Virus record (IMG/VR): IMGVR_UViG_3300042691_044733
Location: 62,980-126,979 of that record
Strand: one strand, 5' to 3'
DNA length: 64,000 nucleotides
DNA from: a virus
The notes under the pieces were generated by a model. It saw only the letters and a list, made by a program, of their open reading frames with translations. It did no database searches and had not been told where the DNA came from. A program made the translations under genes and the position numbers. Shown here one piece after another: positions 28,601 to 37,013 of the stretch (position 1 is its first letter; every line of letters begins with the position of its first letter).

Positions 28601-30613
28601 AGATCCAATTTCACTATAAAGTCTTAATTCTTTAGCAGCAAGAAATGGATTATTAAACTGTGTATCAGGAGAATGGAAAGTAAAGTAATTACGTTTAGTT
28701 AAAAATGGTTGATATGGTTGATATCCTTCAACTTGAGTATCCGTTAATGATAATGTAGGATCATTACCAAGTGGATTGTAAGGATAATTCTGGAATAGAC
28801 CATTATAGTTACCACCCGTATCAGTAGGTAATTTATATGATCTCATGTTATTAAACATTCCTTTGGCAACAATGCTTTTGTTACCTTCACGAGTTCCTCT
28901 TAGTATTTCATATCCAACAATACCTTTAATAACTTTAATAGAACCGTCGGTATCAATAAATACTGGGGGTTTAATATTTTCAAATTGTACACCTATAACG
29001 TTTATAAACTCTCCAAAGTTAGATGCATTTGTTGAGCATCTTGAAAATTGAGCAGAGTCATTAATGATATCTTCAGGCATTTTATGATGTCTGATAGGTT
29101 TACCACACAAATCATACTTAGTATCTGTGGTACCACTAAATAATGGGTCGAACGTAGAGTTCCATACTTCAGGATTATCTGCTGGATAAACCTCTGTAGA
29201 TTCCCAATATGCAGGAGTTCCTTTGTAAAAAGCAATACCTCCATCCTCAACTATTTCATTAATGGGTAAATCTGCTGTTGCAGTGTTTGTTGTTTCAAAT
29301 CTTTTAGCAATATCATCCCCAAAGTAGTTTTCTACATAAGAACTACCAACTGGATCAAAACCTGTTGGATCTGGAGAGTAATTAGATTTGTGAGTTCCTG
29401 GAATATGAAAACTATTTGACTTTTCTCCTGTGTCATATACCCATCTGATAAAGAATGAATATACCTCATCTCTCATGTATCCAACTACATTACCACCTTT
29501 TCTATAATAATCAACTGGATATTTTACAATAACCCAGTTAGTTTTGATTTGGTTAGCTAGTGGTTGGTAATTAAAATCAAATTTAGAAGTAGGTGAAATC
29601 CTTAAGAGGTAATTATTTACTGTTGAAATAGACTCAGACTTCTCAAATATAGTAGTTCTAACAGATAAAAATTCTAATGACACTACAGGTAATGTAGGAT
29701 CTATAGCATCAATTGTTATTTTGTTAGAGTTGGTGGAATAATAACCTAATTTTTTAGCAACTGTTTGTTGGTTTACAACAGATACTAATACTAATTCAAA
29801 CTCATCATATATGTCAGTATCCAGATTGGATATGTTTATTTCTAATGATCCACCAAAATTAGTGTGTGTAAATAAAGCTTGAGGATTAGATTTAGCAATA
29901 TAATCTGTTGTTCTAACACCACCCACACTATATGCAATAAAAGCAATGTAAGAACCATTTGGCAACGTTCCACCAGTTCCAGGATCAAGTGTGATACATG
30001 GAGTTTTAATCTTTTCTGCAAATAGTAATTTATTACAATCTAAAGAATTAGTTTGTGTACAGATATTACAACTGTTTATAATATTGCAATCCTCTTTCCA
30101 TTGGGTTCCAGGCCATAATTTATTACCCTGGTAGTAGTTATTACCAATGTAATTCTCATCAAGCAACCATTCTTTTGGGTTTCCTATGTTAAGTATTCTA
30201 TCAGGATTACTATTGTCAGCAAAATACACATTCCACGAACAGTCAAATACTTCTCTAGATACACCAGTTACTAAGTTAAGTCTGTTGAAATTTAAACAGG
30301 AATCATTAACAATAGTTCTGTAAATACATTGATCTTCAATAAACAACCCAACCTCTGAATTAGTATCATCAGTTGAAAACAATACCCAGTTTGAAGCAAA
30401 TAAATGAACTGCACCAATAATTGTATATGGTGCATTTGCGCATGATAAATTGGCAGGTTCATTACCAATCATCCCAAGATCACCCTCAATAGAATTATTT
30501 ACTGCATTACGAGCATGTGTCCATGATCCTTCAGGATGATATGTTTCATCAAAATCTTTTACTAATCCTTTAGTAAAGTTTGTTGTTTTAATATTTTCTT
30601 CTTGTTTTGCCAT
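25604..30613 (-). CDS. Tail stabilisation/nozzle protein (P22 gp10-like, crAss-type)
   Basis: 1669 aa. N-terminus FTKGLVKD..ARNAVN; GYMRDEVYSFFIRW; GGDTFI; C-terminal TISYD..WVSFHDWHP. Follows the ring-protein genes. Confidence 0.8.
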   Translation of the reverse strand: MAKQEENIKTTNFTKGLVKDFDETYHPEGSWTHARNAVNNSIEGDLGMIGNEPANLSCANAPYTIIGAVHLFASNWVLFSTDDTNSEVGLFIEDQCIYRTIVNDSCLNFNRLNLVTGVSREVFDCSWNVYFADNSNPDRILNIGNPKEWLLDENYIGNNYYQGNKLWPGTQWKEDCNIINSCNICTQTNSLDCNKLLFAEKIKTPCITLDPGTGGTLPNGSYIAFIAYSVGGVRTTDYIAKSNPQALFTHTNFGGSLEINISNLDTDIYDEFELVLVSVVNQQTVAKKLGYYSTNSNKITIDAIDPTLPVVSLEFLSVRTTIFEKSESISTVNNYLLRISPTSKFDFNYQPLANQIKTNWVIVKYPVDYYRKGGNVVGYMRDEVYSFFIRWVYDTGEKSNSFHIPGTHKSNYSPDPTGFDPVGSSYVENYFGDDIAKRFETTNTATADLPINEIVEDGGIAFYKGTPAYWESTEVYPADNPEVWNSTFDPLFSGTTDTKYDLCGKPIRHHKMPEDIINDSAQFSRCSTNASNFGEFINVIGVQFENIKPPVFIDTDGSIKVIKGIVGYEILRGTREGNKSIVAKGMFNNMRSYKLPTDTGGNYNGLFQNYPYNPLGNDPTLSLTDTQVEGYQPYQPFLTKRNYFTFHSPDTQFNNPFLAAKELRLYSEIGSSGNVSGFFEPVPGHPKHKLLTDLSLIVSGLMGMANAARAMKGKQVQTVEAPKVLNLGLIPAGSGSASLNAATGGNPSAATIGASNTALNVGSFLVELFGLDLATAVTGNFNPTNAVYTTYGTNALLFGGIGKGKIFTHEYSEFDQLPGLIKASSGIMIFLSYLSQSTETALELIRATIPYRQYAYRYVSTSTSHKDNVGNSNTSSNKRRAIVDAAYLDNQFQTFTDKTINNLNRSRAVAINVNQNISDCATLTDNTITTIGLTPGRATPTDRFSTSTVSYYGGLKTRNRNQYGQLYNIRQIPTGCTVIVNDNNEIPSEVITSTNQYTLFNQIYTSPIIFGGDTFIGRYTEKNTFFYFYNWLYNQPNGAELDYSKYYAIIYPRYWADTTKYDVNGLIGSVVGNLTNPANWNTPANLNNLDDAALSNPGFGLSDFGQALNFKFAKKQAYFYLFQSGVRDFFVESEINVDLRDWEDQDDKRFFDPYRYTDIQRLFDTSIITTGNYYKYDYSFSISKLYSSFITWGNMQSRDYTPNDSLLCYTKRRNRVIYSLPTNLENKKDYWKYFLANNYKDFRSDITTVKTIGKNGAIILFHDDSPVQFMGVDTLQTDLNTKITIGDGGLFSQPMQSLTNSDLPYEYGSCQNLRSAINTPAGLFYVSQNQGKVFQVGEGLQEISGNGMRWWFSKFLPYTLLQDFPNFEVTDNPVIGIGCQAAYDADDQMLYICKKDYKVKKIPGVNITYLKDNIFLVNGSTKIKLGDPRYFSNTSFTISYDPKNKFWVSFHDWHPDLTLSMKKDFVTTKDESLWRHNYRTDLFCNFYGTDYPFEVEQPTTTGQAVNTVRSLEYILECYRYDADGVDKFHILDENFDRMIVSNTEQVSGLLNIVQMPKNNPLARVSYPIINATNIAVLCEKVEQKYRINQFWDITNDRGEYTASAQPIWSTELNGYIKTLNINNLNYSKFALERKKFRHYLNYVMFIKSVSGSTKMMLKLTNTKLLNSPR

Positions 30614-31521
30614 TAGTATTTGTAAGATAATCCACCAAAACTACTAAACATATCATAGTATTTTCCGTACATCATTTTTCTATTTTTTCTCCAAACTTTT
30701 GCCATTTCTGAAAAATCTGGTGTATTCACAATAGTTAATGCATTGTTTCTTGCAGCTCTATACTCTGCCGTAACAAGTTGATACTGTGTGGTAACATTTA
30801 TATTATCCATTATTAAGTTTTCAAGAACTCGTTTTTTTAAAGCATATTCATAATATTCATTTATCATTGGATGATCTAAAACAAGTAAATCACCATCATC
30901 AGATATTAAATCACCTTCATAATTTATATAAAGATTACCACAATCAAGATTTGTATATACCCAACCATCTTTGATATATGCACTGTCTACAGTTTTCATT
31001 TGAATGTTTGGACAATTATCACAATCTATAAAGTCAGATTTCCTGAAATGTATAGGTGCAAACATTGTATATTCTCTAACTGTTTGATTATAAGTCTGTA
31101 ACAATCTATATTCATTATCACATTTATCTAAACAAGTTGGTACTTCTTTAATCAAACATGGTGGTTGTTGAGGATTACTTTCATCTGAACAATATAAAGG
31201 ATCCACCCAAGGAGTATATTCAGGTGATACATCTTCAATATGAGTTCCTTGAGGAGCAGCTGTAATTATTCTATAACTACCGCACAATAGAGCAAAATTC
31301 ATTAGATAGAAATCATCAGGTAACTTTGCTCTTCCTTTTTCAATCTCAAGAACAACCTCTTTAGTTTTGTGAATTTTTAATCCCAGATCATAGTTAACCC
31401 TGCGAGCTACTTTAATAAGTACCCCAGGATCAATGACAGAATCAGAACTTATGTTTTTAAGATCTAATTTAATATCCTCAACTAAAGAATCAAATGTTCT
31501 ATATTTTATTAAATAGTTCAT
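30613..31521 (-). CDS. Tail ring/tubular protein
   Basis: 302 aa. EIEKGRAKLPDDF..., LYINYEG..DDGDLLVLDHP; located just upstream of the stabilisation protein. Confidence 0.6.
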   Translation of the reverse strand: MNYLIKYRTFDSLVEDIKLDLKNISSDSVIDPGVLIKVARRVNYDLGLKIHKTKEVVLEIEKGRAKLPDDFYLMNFALLCGSYRIITAAPQGTHIEDVSPEYTPWVDPLYCSDESNPQQPPCLIKEVPTCLDKCDNEYRLLQTYNQTVREYTMFAPIHFRKSDFIDCDNCPNIQMKTVDSAYIKDGWVYTNLDCGNLYINYEGDLISDDGDLLVLDHPMINEYYEYALKKRVLENLIMDNINVTTQYQLVTAEYRAARNNALTIVNTPDFSEMAKVWRKNRKMMYGKYYDMFSSFGGLSYKY

Positions 31522-32189
31522 CGTGTTATATTTTGTTTATCTGAAACAATTTGATCAGAAGGAACCTGCATTAAAAATCCAAGATCTTGATAAACTTGCT
31601 TTTCAATTTCAGCAAATAAATCATCGGGTATTAAGAAATCTCTTTCTCTAGGATTCGAACATATTTCATTTTCCTCACATGCAAATACAGACATATTTTT
31701 TTCAAATATCCCTTCAATTTTTATTTGCTCCCAATCAATGTTAGGAAAATACAAATAACCATTTTGGTACCAGTAGTACAATGTCTTATTATATTTGAAA
31801 TTACTAGTTTTACTCAAAGAACTATAAGCGGCTGGTGTTGTTCTATATACCTCATTATAACCATCTATGGAAGAAACTGTTCTGATAAATTGACCATATT
31901 TACCTTCAAATACTTGAGGTATTTTATCTTCAGTTCTCATTATTTTAATCTTAGTTGTAATACTTGAGCAGCAGCTATCAGTTTTATCAACTTCAACTAA
32001 ATCCATAGTGATAGGTTTAAACAAACTAGAGAACTTTAAACGCATGTTTAACAATTCTTCTTTCTTAATAAACAACTTAGCATACTTAATAATTATGCTA
32101 TAGATAAGTCTATCAGTGATAAATGCATCCTGAGATATTGTTTTTGTTGTATTTCTAATACGTGATATACTTTCACCAATAGTTGTCAT
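31518..32189 (-). CDS. Tail ring/adaptor protein
   Basis: 223 aa. YYWYQNGYLYFPN..IKIEGIFE; crAss-like gene order. Confidence 0.6.
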   Translation of the reverse strand: MTTIGESISRIRNTTKTISQDAFITDRLIYSIIIKYAKLFIKKEELLNMRLKFSSLFKPITMDLVEVDKTDSCCSSITTKIKIMRTEDKIPQVFEGKYGQFIRTVSSIDGYNEVYRTTPAAYSSLSKTSNFKYNKTLYYWYQNGYLYFPNIDWEQIKIEGIFEKNMSVFACEENEICSNPRERDFLIPDDLFAEIEKQVYQDLGFLMQVPSDQIVSDKQNITR

Positions 32190-32785
32190 AGGTCAAATTC
32201 ATTATAGTTTTCAATGTTTTCCTCAAAAAATTCTTTTGAACGCTTAACAGCAAAATCTTTAATTCTACGTTTTTTCAAAAGATCAGATGGTTTAAATGAC
32301 ATAGGTATTACCTGATATCTATGCCAATCTTCTTTAAATTTTTTTGAAGCTGCTCTTGAAAAATTTCTGCATGCTTCAAATTCCCAGATATCACTATCAA
32401 TTAAAGTAGATTTATTAGTATGATTTGTAAATATAATTTTACCCAAATGACCATCTGTTCCTAAATTTCTTGCATATACTTCTGTATTAGACTTGATTGA
32501 TGTACCATAATCTTTTATTTTACAACGATCTATCTTAATCATACCTAAAAATATAGCACCTAATCTTTGAGGTAATTCAATTCCATCCTTTGTATTACAT
32601 GCTGTTTCCCATAATAATTGATTAGATGCTTTAATTATAGAACTTAATTGAGGATCTGTATATGCTTTATATTGTGGAAAGTGTCTTCTAAATTTTGCAA
32701 AGAATGCTTGTGTTGCAATTGCATATCTTTTTCTTTTCCTTCTAGGAGCGTTTAAATCTGGTTTTCGGAAGGTATTATTCATCAT
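32186..32785 (-). CDS. IHF/HU-like DNA-binding protein
   Basis: 199 aa, basic. IIKASNQLLWE..DGIELPQRLGAIFL resembles the HU/IHF arm; IHF-like genes sit beside tail genes in crAss-like phages. Confidence 0.55.
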   Translation of the reverse strand: MMNNTFRKPDLNAPRRKRKRYAIATQAFFAKFRRHFPQYKAYTDPQLSSIIKASNQLLWETACNTKDGIELPQRLGAIFLGMIKIDRCKIKDYGTSIKSNTEVYARNLGTDGHLGKIIFTNHTNKSTLIDSDIWEFEACRNFSRAASKKFKEDWHRYQVIPMSFKPSDLLKKRRIKDFAVKRSKEFFEENIENYNEFDL

Positions 32786-32830
32786 ATCTAAATTTACAAA
32801 ATTTATTTAAATAATAAAAGTTTATTTTAC

Positions 32831-32854
32831 AAAAAATCCCTGGTAAACAGGGAT
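32831..32854 (-). terminator. Rho-independent terminator
   Basis: ATCCCTG-gtaaa-CAGGGAT stem; the A6 on + reads as a U-tract on -. Confidence 0.7.
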
Positions 32855-32893
32855 CCTTGCTCTGAAGGGAGAAACCAATAAAACCCTAAAGAA

Positions 32894-33175
32894 TTATTCT
32901 GTACTTGTCTGTAATATAATGGAATAACATATTTCATCTAGATCACATAAAGATCCTACCCTAATTATGTAACTTGTACCAGGTGTAAGTCCTGTTATGG
33001 TTGTAGAATTGGTTTCAACTAATACTTCCTCCCATGTACTAATATCATTAGGTATTACTGGAAGTGTCTGATATTGAACAACGTACCCTTGTAGAGCTGT
33101 TGATGTTCCAATCCATGAAATACTAATTTCAGTGGTTGAAGTATTAATTATTAAGTTTGTTGGTGATTGACACAT
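32894..33175 (-). CDS. Stand-alone fibronectin type III domain protein
   Basis: PTNL..ISISW..GYVVQY..TITGLTPGTSYIIRVGSLC is the classic FN3 pattern. Confidence 0.85.
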   Translation of the reverse strand: MCQSPTNLIINTSTTEISISWIGTSTALQGYVVQYQTLPVIPNDISTWEEVLVETNSTTITGLTPGTSYIIRVGSLCDLDEICYSIILQTSTE

Positions 33176-33188
33176 AAATTAAAATTTT

Positions 33189-34742
33189 TTAAGTAACTCG
33201 TATTTTCACTACACTACCTGTTCTGTATAACTCATTAATTAATATTCCTCCAGCAGCAGCAGCAGTATCATCTGCAAAATCAAGAAGTCCTTGAGGAAAA
33301 CTAATTTTCTTATCAAACATTGCAATATGAGCTTTTGCTTCCTGTAATGTATTACCAGAAGGTTCTTTAACAGGAGCAGATAGAATTAATGCAGTGGTTC
33401 CTTGACCAGTACCACAACTAGCTTCAATGATTGTATCATATCCATCAATATCTACATCAGAACCTCCTTGATTTCTATGATTAGGAACTTTAATTTTTAT
33501 TGGAAGTGCATTATCACCTGTACCAGATGTATCATCCTTTGTTCCACCAAGAACTATTTCTCTATATCTATAACCATGTTTACCACCAAGTACAAATTGA
33601 AAATCTGTATCTGTAGAACCCTCACGTCCAATAACACCACTCATAATATGATCTGACCAAGATTGATAACCAATAACAACACTATATTCTGCTGTAGTCA
33701 TTGTGCCAACTGCTTGACCATTATAATAACCTATAACGACATTACCATGCCTTTGACCATAAAGTAAATTAGCTGTTCCAATTACAGTGTTATGATAAAA
33801 TAAAGAACTTGTAGAGTTTTTAACGTTTTCAAAACCAATAGCAACGTTCCCACCAGGAGTTGAAGGAAGGTTATACATGTTTCTTACACCAATAATTGTG
33901 TTAGTCCAAGAATATACATCCGTCATAGACAAAAGATTCTCATGACCTAAAATTGTGTTATAACCAAATCTTTCTCCATTAGGCATATTATTAGCACCCA
34001 TAATAAGATTTGTTCCAATTTCAGATGCTGTACTATTGCCGTATTTAGTAGCATTAGCAAATCCAAAAAATACATTCTTCCCTCCTGTAGTAATATCTTG
34101 AACAGGGTTCAAACGAGGATTATAAATACCATCTCCATTAACACTGGACGCTGATACTACAAAGTTTTGATACCATCCTTTTACTCCAGTAGCAGCGCTT
34201 GTACCATAATGGTATTGTTCTGTTGGTGAAAGTTCATCGTTAACAAGTTTAAGACCATTATTATCACATGTGATAGACATTTGTTTAAGAATGTCAGAAC
34301 AAGTGATTGCTCTAAAACTTGGGGTACCTGATGAACCACTTGGAGATGCAAAAAATAAATTTTGATTTTGTACCTCAAGATCAAGATCAAATGTTCCACT
34401 TGGACTAGTTACTTGTTGATTAGCTAAAGTAAATAACGCTGTAGGAGCATTTAAGTCAATAGTAGTAATTCCTCCTCCTGGAGGTCCATTCTCTCCAATA
34501 ATTGTATTAGTACAACCAGGATTAGCTAATAGAAGAACTAATTGTTGAAGAATAGAATTCAGTGTTGAACCAGGATTAATTCCAGCTTCATACAGTCCTT
34601 CTTCAAGAATTATACAACTAGCATTGTAATATGTATCACATTTATCAGGTGATACACAAGAAGATGAATAAGTACTATTAGTAGTTAATGGTACATCTTT
34701 ACATCCACATTTTTTGTTATTTTCTTTACATTTGCAACTCAT
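33189..34742 (-). CDS. Tail fibre/spike-like protein (Cys-rich N-terminus, NxxIG beta-roll repeats)
   Basis: ORF track 33189..34778; likely start MSCKCKENN at 34742. Repeats NTILG/NTIIG/NVAIG/NTVIG/NVVIG. C-terminal ADDTAAAAGG..LYRTGSVVKIR. Confidence 0.6.
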   Translation of the reverse strand: MSCKCKENNKKCGCKDVPLTTNSTYSSSCVSPDKCDTYYNASCIILEEGLYEAGINPGSTLNSILQQLVLLLANPGCTNTIIGENGPPGGGITTIDLNAPTALFTLANQQVTSPSGTFDLDLEVQNQNLFFASPSGSSGTPSFRAITCSDILKQMSITCDNNGLKLVNDELSPTEQYHYGTSAATGVKGWYQNFVVSASSVNGDGIYNPRLNPVQDITTGGKNVFFGFANATKYGNSTASEIGTNLIMGANNMPNGERFGYNTILGHENLLSMTDVYSWTNTIIGVRNMYNLPSTPGGNVAIGFENVKNSTSSLFYHNTVIGTANLLYGQRHGNVVIGYYNGQAVGTMTTAEYSVVIGYQSWSDHIMSGVIGREGSTDTDFQFVLGGKHGYRYREIVLGGTKDDTSGTGDNALPIKIKVPNHRNQGGSDVDIDGYDTIIEASCGTGQGTTALILSAPVKEPSGNTLQEAKAHIAMFDKKISFPQGLLDFADDTAAAAGGILINELYRTGSVVKIRVT

Positions 34743-34746
34743 AATA

Positions 34747-36213
34747 TTATAATACTGATACTGTTGATGAAGGTCCACAGCTAGTCAACTGATAGATACC
34801 TTGACTTATACTTGTTATTTTCGCATAATAAGTTCCTGTTGATAATCCTGTAAATACATTTGATAAACTAGAACCTAAAACTGATACTGGAAAAGTAAAT
34901 GATGCAACTTGTACATTAGTAGACGCATTAAACACTGCTACAACATAACCTATTGACGCTGTTGTTATAGGATTTGTAAAATCAACTTGGAACTCACCAG
35001 GATTAGGAGATGACACTGTTAAAGCAGGACAAAAAGAACCATTCAAAAAAGAATAACTTTTTGTATTATTACAAGTAATTGTTCCATCTGTAAAACATGC
35101 TAACACATCTATTCTGTAGAATATGGTAGGTTTTAAAGAAGGTGATGAACTAATATCAAGTGCATAATTATTACCTCCCATAGCAGGAATAATATTAATA
35201 CCTGTTACAGTATAATTGTTATTGTATGCATCATATACTTTTATTGTAGCATCTGACCCACTACAGAATGAAAATCCTCCTGGTAAAGGTTGACCACTGA
35301 AAGTAATATTTAAAGCAGGTTGATCGTATGTTGCTGTAATATCCCAGATAATATCTTCACAAGTTGAAGTACAGCAATTAGAAATACTATTCTGTAGGTC
35401 AAATACAGCAGTTCTAAGATCACATAAAGCTAACCATAGATTAGTAACTGTATCAGCTAAATCTTGTGGTGATGAAACCCAACCTGCAATAGCAGACATT
35501 TGTGCTGCTGAATTGCTTGCTTGAGGATCTGAAGGAGTTACACATTGTGCGCCAACAGCAGATATAATTTCACTTGGTGTTCCAGTTGCATTTAAAAGTT
35601 CACATACTTTAGTTTCTAAGTTCTGTAAAAATATAGGAATTGGAACATTTAAATCTCCAGTTAAACAACTAATACTCATTGTAGGAAGTTGTGACCCACC
35701 TGAAATTTGATTTTCAATTGTATCAACTCTTACCTCAAGGTCATCAATCCGTTGATTAATTGCATCAATTAGAGTTACTAAATTGCAAATCCTATTACCC
35801 ATTGCAGTAGCATAATCCTTCAACTGCATGGTTGTTTGTAAATTTCCTAAGTAATCTGTATAATGAAAACATTCTGCAACTTCTATTTCACAATCAGGAC
35901 ATCCATTAGCAGGTGTAGTTGTGCTATTATCCTGGTTTATGAGAATACAAAGTTGATCTAAAATAAATTGAACAAGGTCTTTAAAGTTATCAACAGAGGG
36001 ACAAGCTGGATTAAAACAAGTTAAGTCATACCCAGAAACATTCAAGATATTTAAAATATCACACAGTTCATGTGCTAATCTTGCAGTGACATCTGATATA
36101 TTATCTCCCTTACAAAGATTTATACAAGGTATATCAGGACCTTGCCAAATAACACAATTAGAACTCACTGGAGTACACCCTTTTTGTGTATTATTATTTT
36201 TAATATCTTTCAT
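34747..36213 (-). CDS. Cys-rich structural/fibre protein with coiled coil and C-terminal Ig/FN3-like domain
   Basis: 488 aa with many Cys. CVIWQGPDIPC N-terminal module; coiled coil INQRIDDLEVRVDTIE; FTGLSTGTYYAKI. Confidence 0.6.
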   Translation of the reverse strand: MKDIKNNNTQKGCTPVSSNCVIWQGPDIPCINLCKGDNISDVTARLAHELCDILNILNVSGYDLTCFNPACPSVDNFKDLVQFILDQLCILINQDNSTTTPANGCPDCEIEVAECFHYTDYLGNLQTTMQLKDYATAMGNRICNLVTLIDAINQRIDDLEVRVDTIENQISGGSQLPTMSISCLTGDLNVPIPIFLQNLETKVCELLNATGTPSEIISAVGAQCVTPSDPQASNSAAQMSAIAGWVSSPQDLADTVTNLWLALCDLRTAVFDLQNSISNCCTSTCEDIIWDITATYDQPALNITFSGQPLPGGFSFCSGSDATIKVYDAYNNNYTVTGINIIPAMGGNNYALDISSSPSLKPTIFYRIDVLACFTDGTITCNNTKSYSFLNGSFCPALTVSSPNPGEFQVDFTNPITTASIGYVVAVFNASTNVQVASFTFPVSVLGSSLSNVFTGLSTGTYYAKITSISQGIYQLTSCGPSSTVSVL

Positions 36214-36243
36214 AGTATTAATTTAATGAATATAAATATAATT

Positions 36244-37011
36244 TCAAAGTGGATTGTTGTTTATTTTCTGATAATCAACTAATTCCTTTTCTACCCATAA
36301 TTTTAAAAGATCTTGATAATCACAATAGTTGTTTATACCATAAGCTTTTTCAAGATATAAATTATAATAATTTGTTGAAAACTTTTCTGTTGTTTCAATA
36401 TAACATTGTTCATCTAAAGAAATTGTAAAATCTTTTACAGGTTCCGAAATTGTTCTTGTTATGACAACAGGTTTTTCAACACAACATTCACAATCATCAT
36501 ATCTTTCAGTAATTGTTACAGTAACTAATTCAGCATCCTCAAGTGCTACATTTTGATCAATAAAAATTGAATAACATTCATCTGGGTATTCTTCAATTTT
36601 TATAATACCTCCTTGATATAAAGTTAAATCATTTGTTACTATTAATACTGTATCAGGAGAAATTACAAAAGGTCTTTGTTCAGTGTCAATATTTGCCTTA
36701 CAGTTTATTAAGAAATTTAAAGGAGGTAAAATTTCTTCACAACTTAAATTCTCAACAAATTCAATGTTTGCAATAACAGCTGATCCCATATTCTGAAAAC
36801 ACTGTTGACAAAATTCATCTGTAGGAGGAGCATTACAAGTAGATTGAACAACATAGATATCTTCAGGATAATTTGCTAAGTCATTCATTCTTACTGTAGC
36901 ACCTATCGCACTAAGCCAAAAATTCTGGTATTCAGAACTATTACCAGGTCTGACATATCTATAAGTATCTGTTAAACAATTATATAGTGGTACGCAAATA
37001 GCTTGTGCCAT
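36244..37011 (-). CDS. Cys-rich structural protein
   Basis: 255 aa. Contains the same Cys module as the upstream gene (..TNDLTLYQGGIIKIEEYPDECY..YDDCECC). Confidence 0.55.
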   Translation of the reverse strand: MAQAICVPLYNCLTDTYRYVRPGNSSEYQNFWLSAIGATVRMNDLANYPEDIYVVQSTCNAPPTDEFCQQCFQNMGSAVIANIEFVENLSCEEILPPLNFLINCKANIDTEQRPFVISPDTVLIVTNDLTLYQGGIIKIEEYPDECYSIFIDQNVALEDAELVTVTITERYDDCECCVEKPVVITRTISEPVKDFTISLDEQCYIETTEKFSTNYYNLYLEKAYGINNYCDYQDLLKLWVEKELVDYQKINNNPL

Positions 37012-37013
37012 AG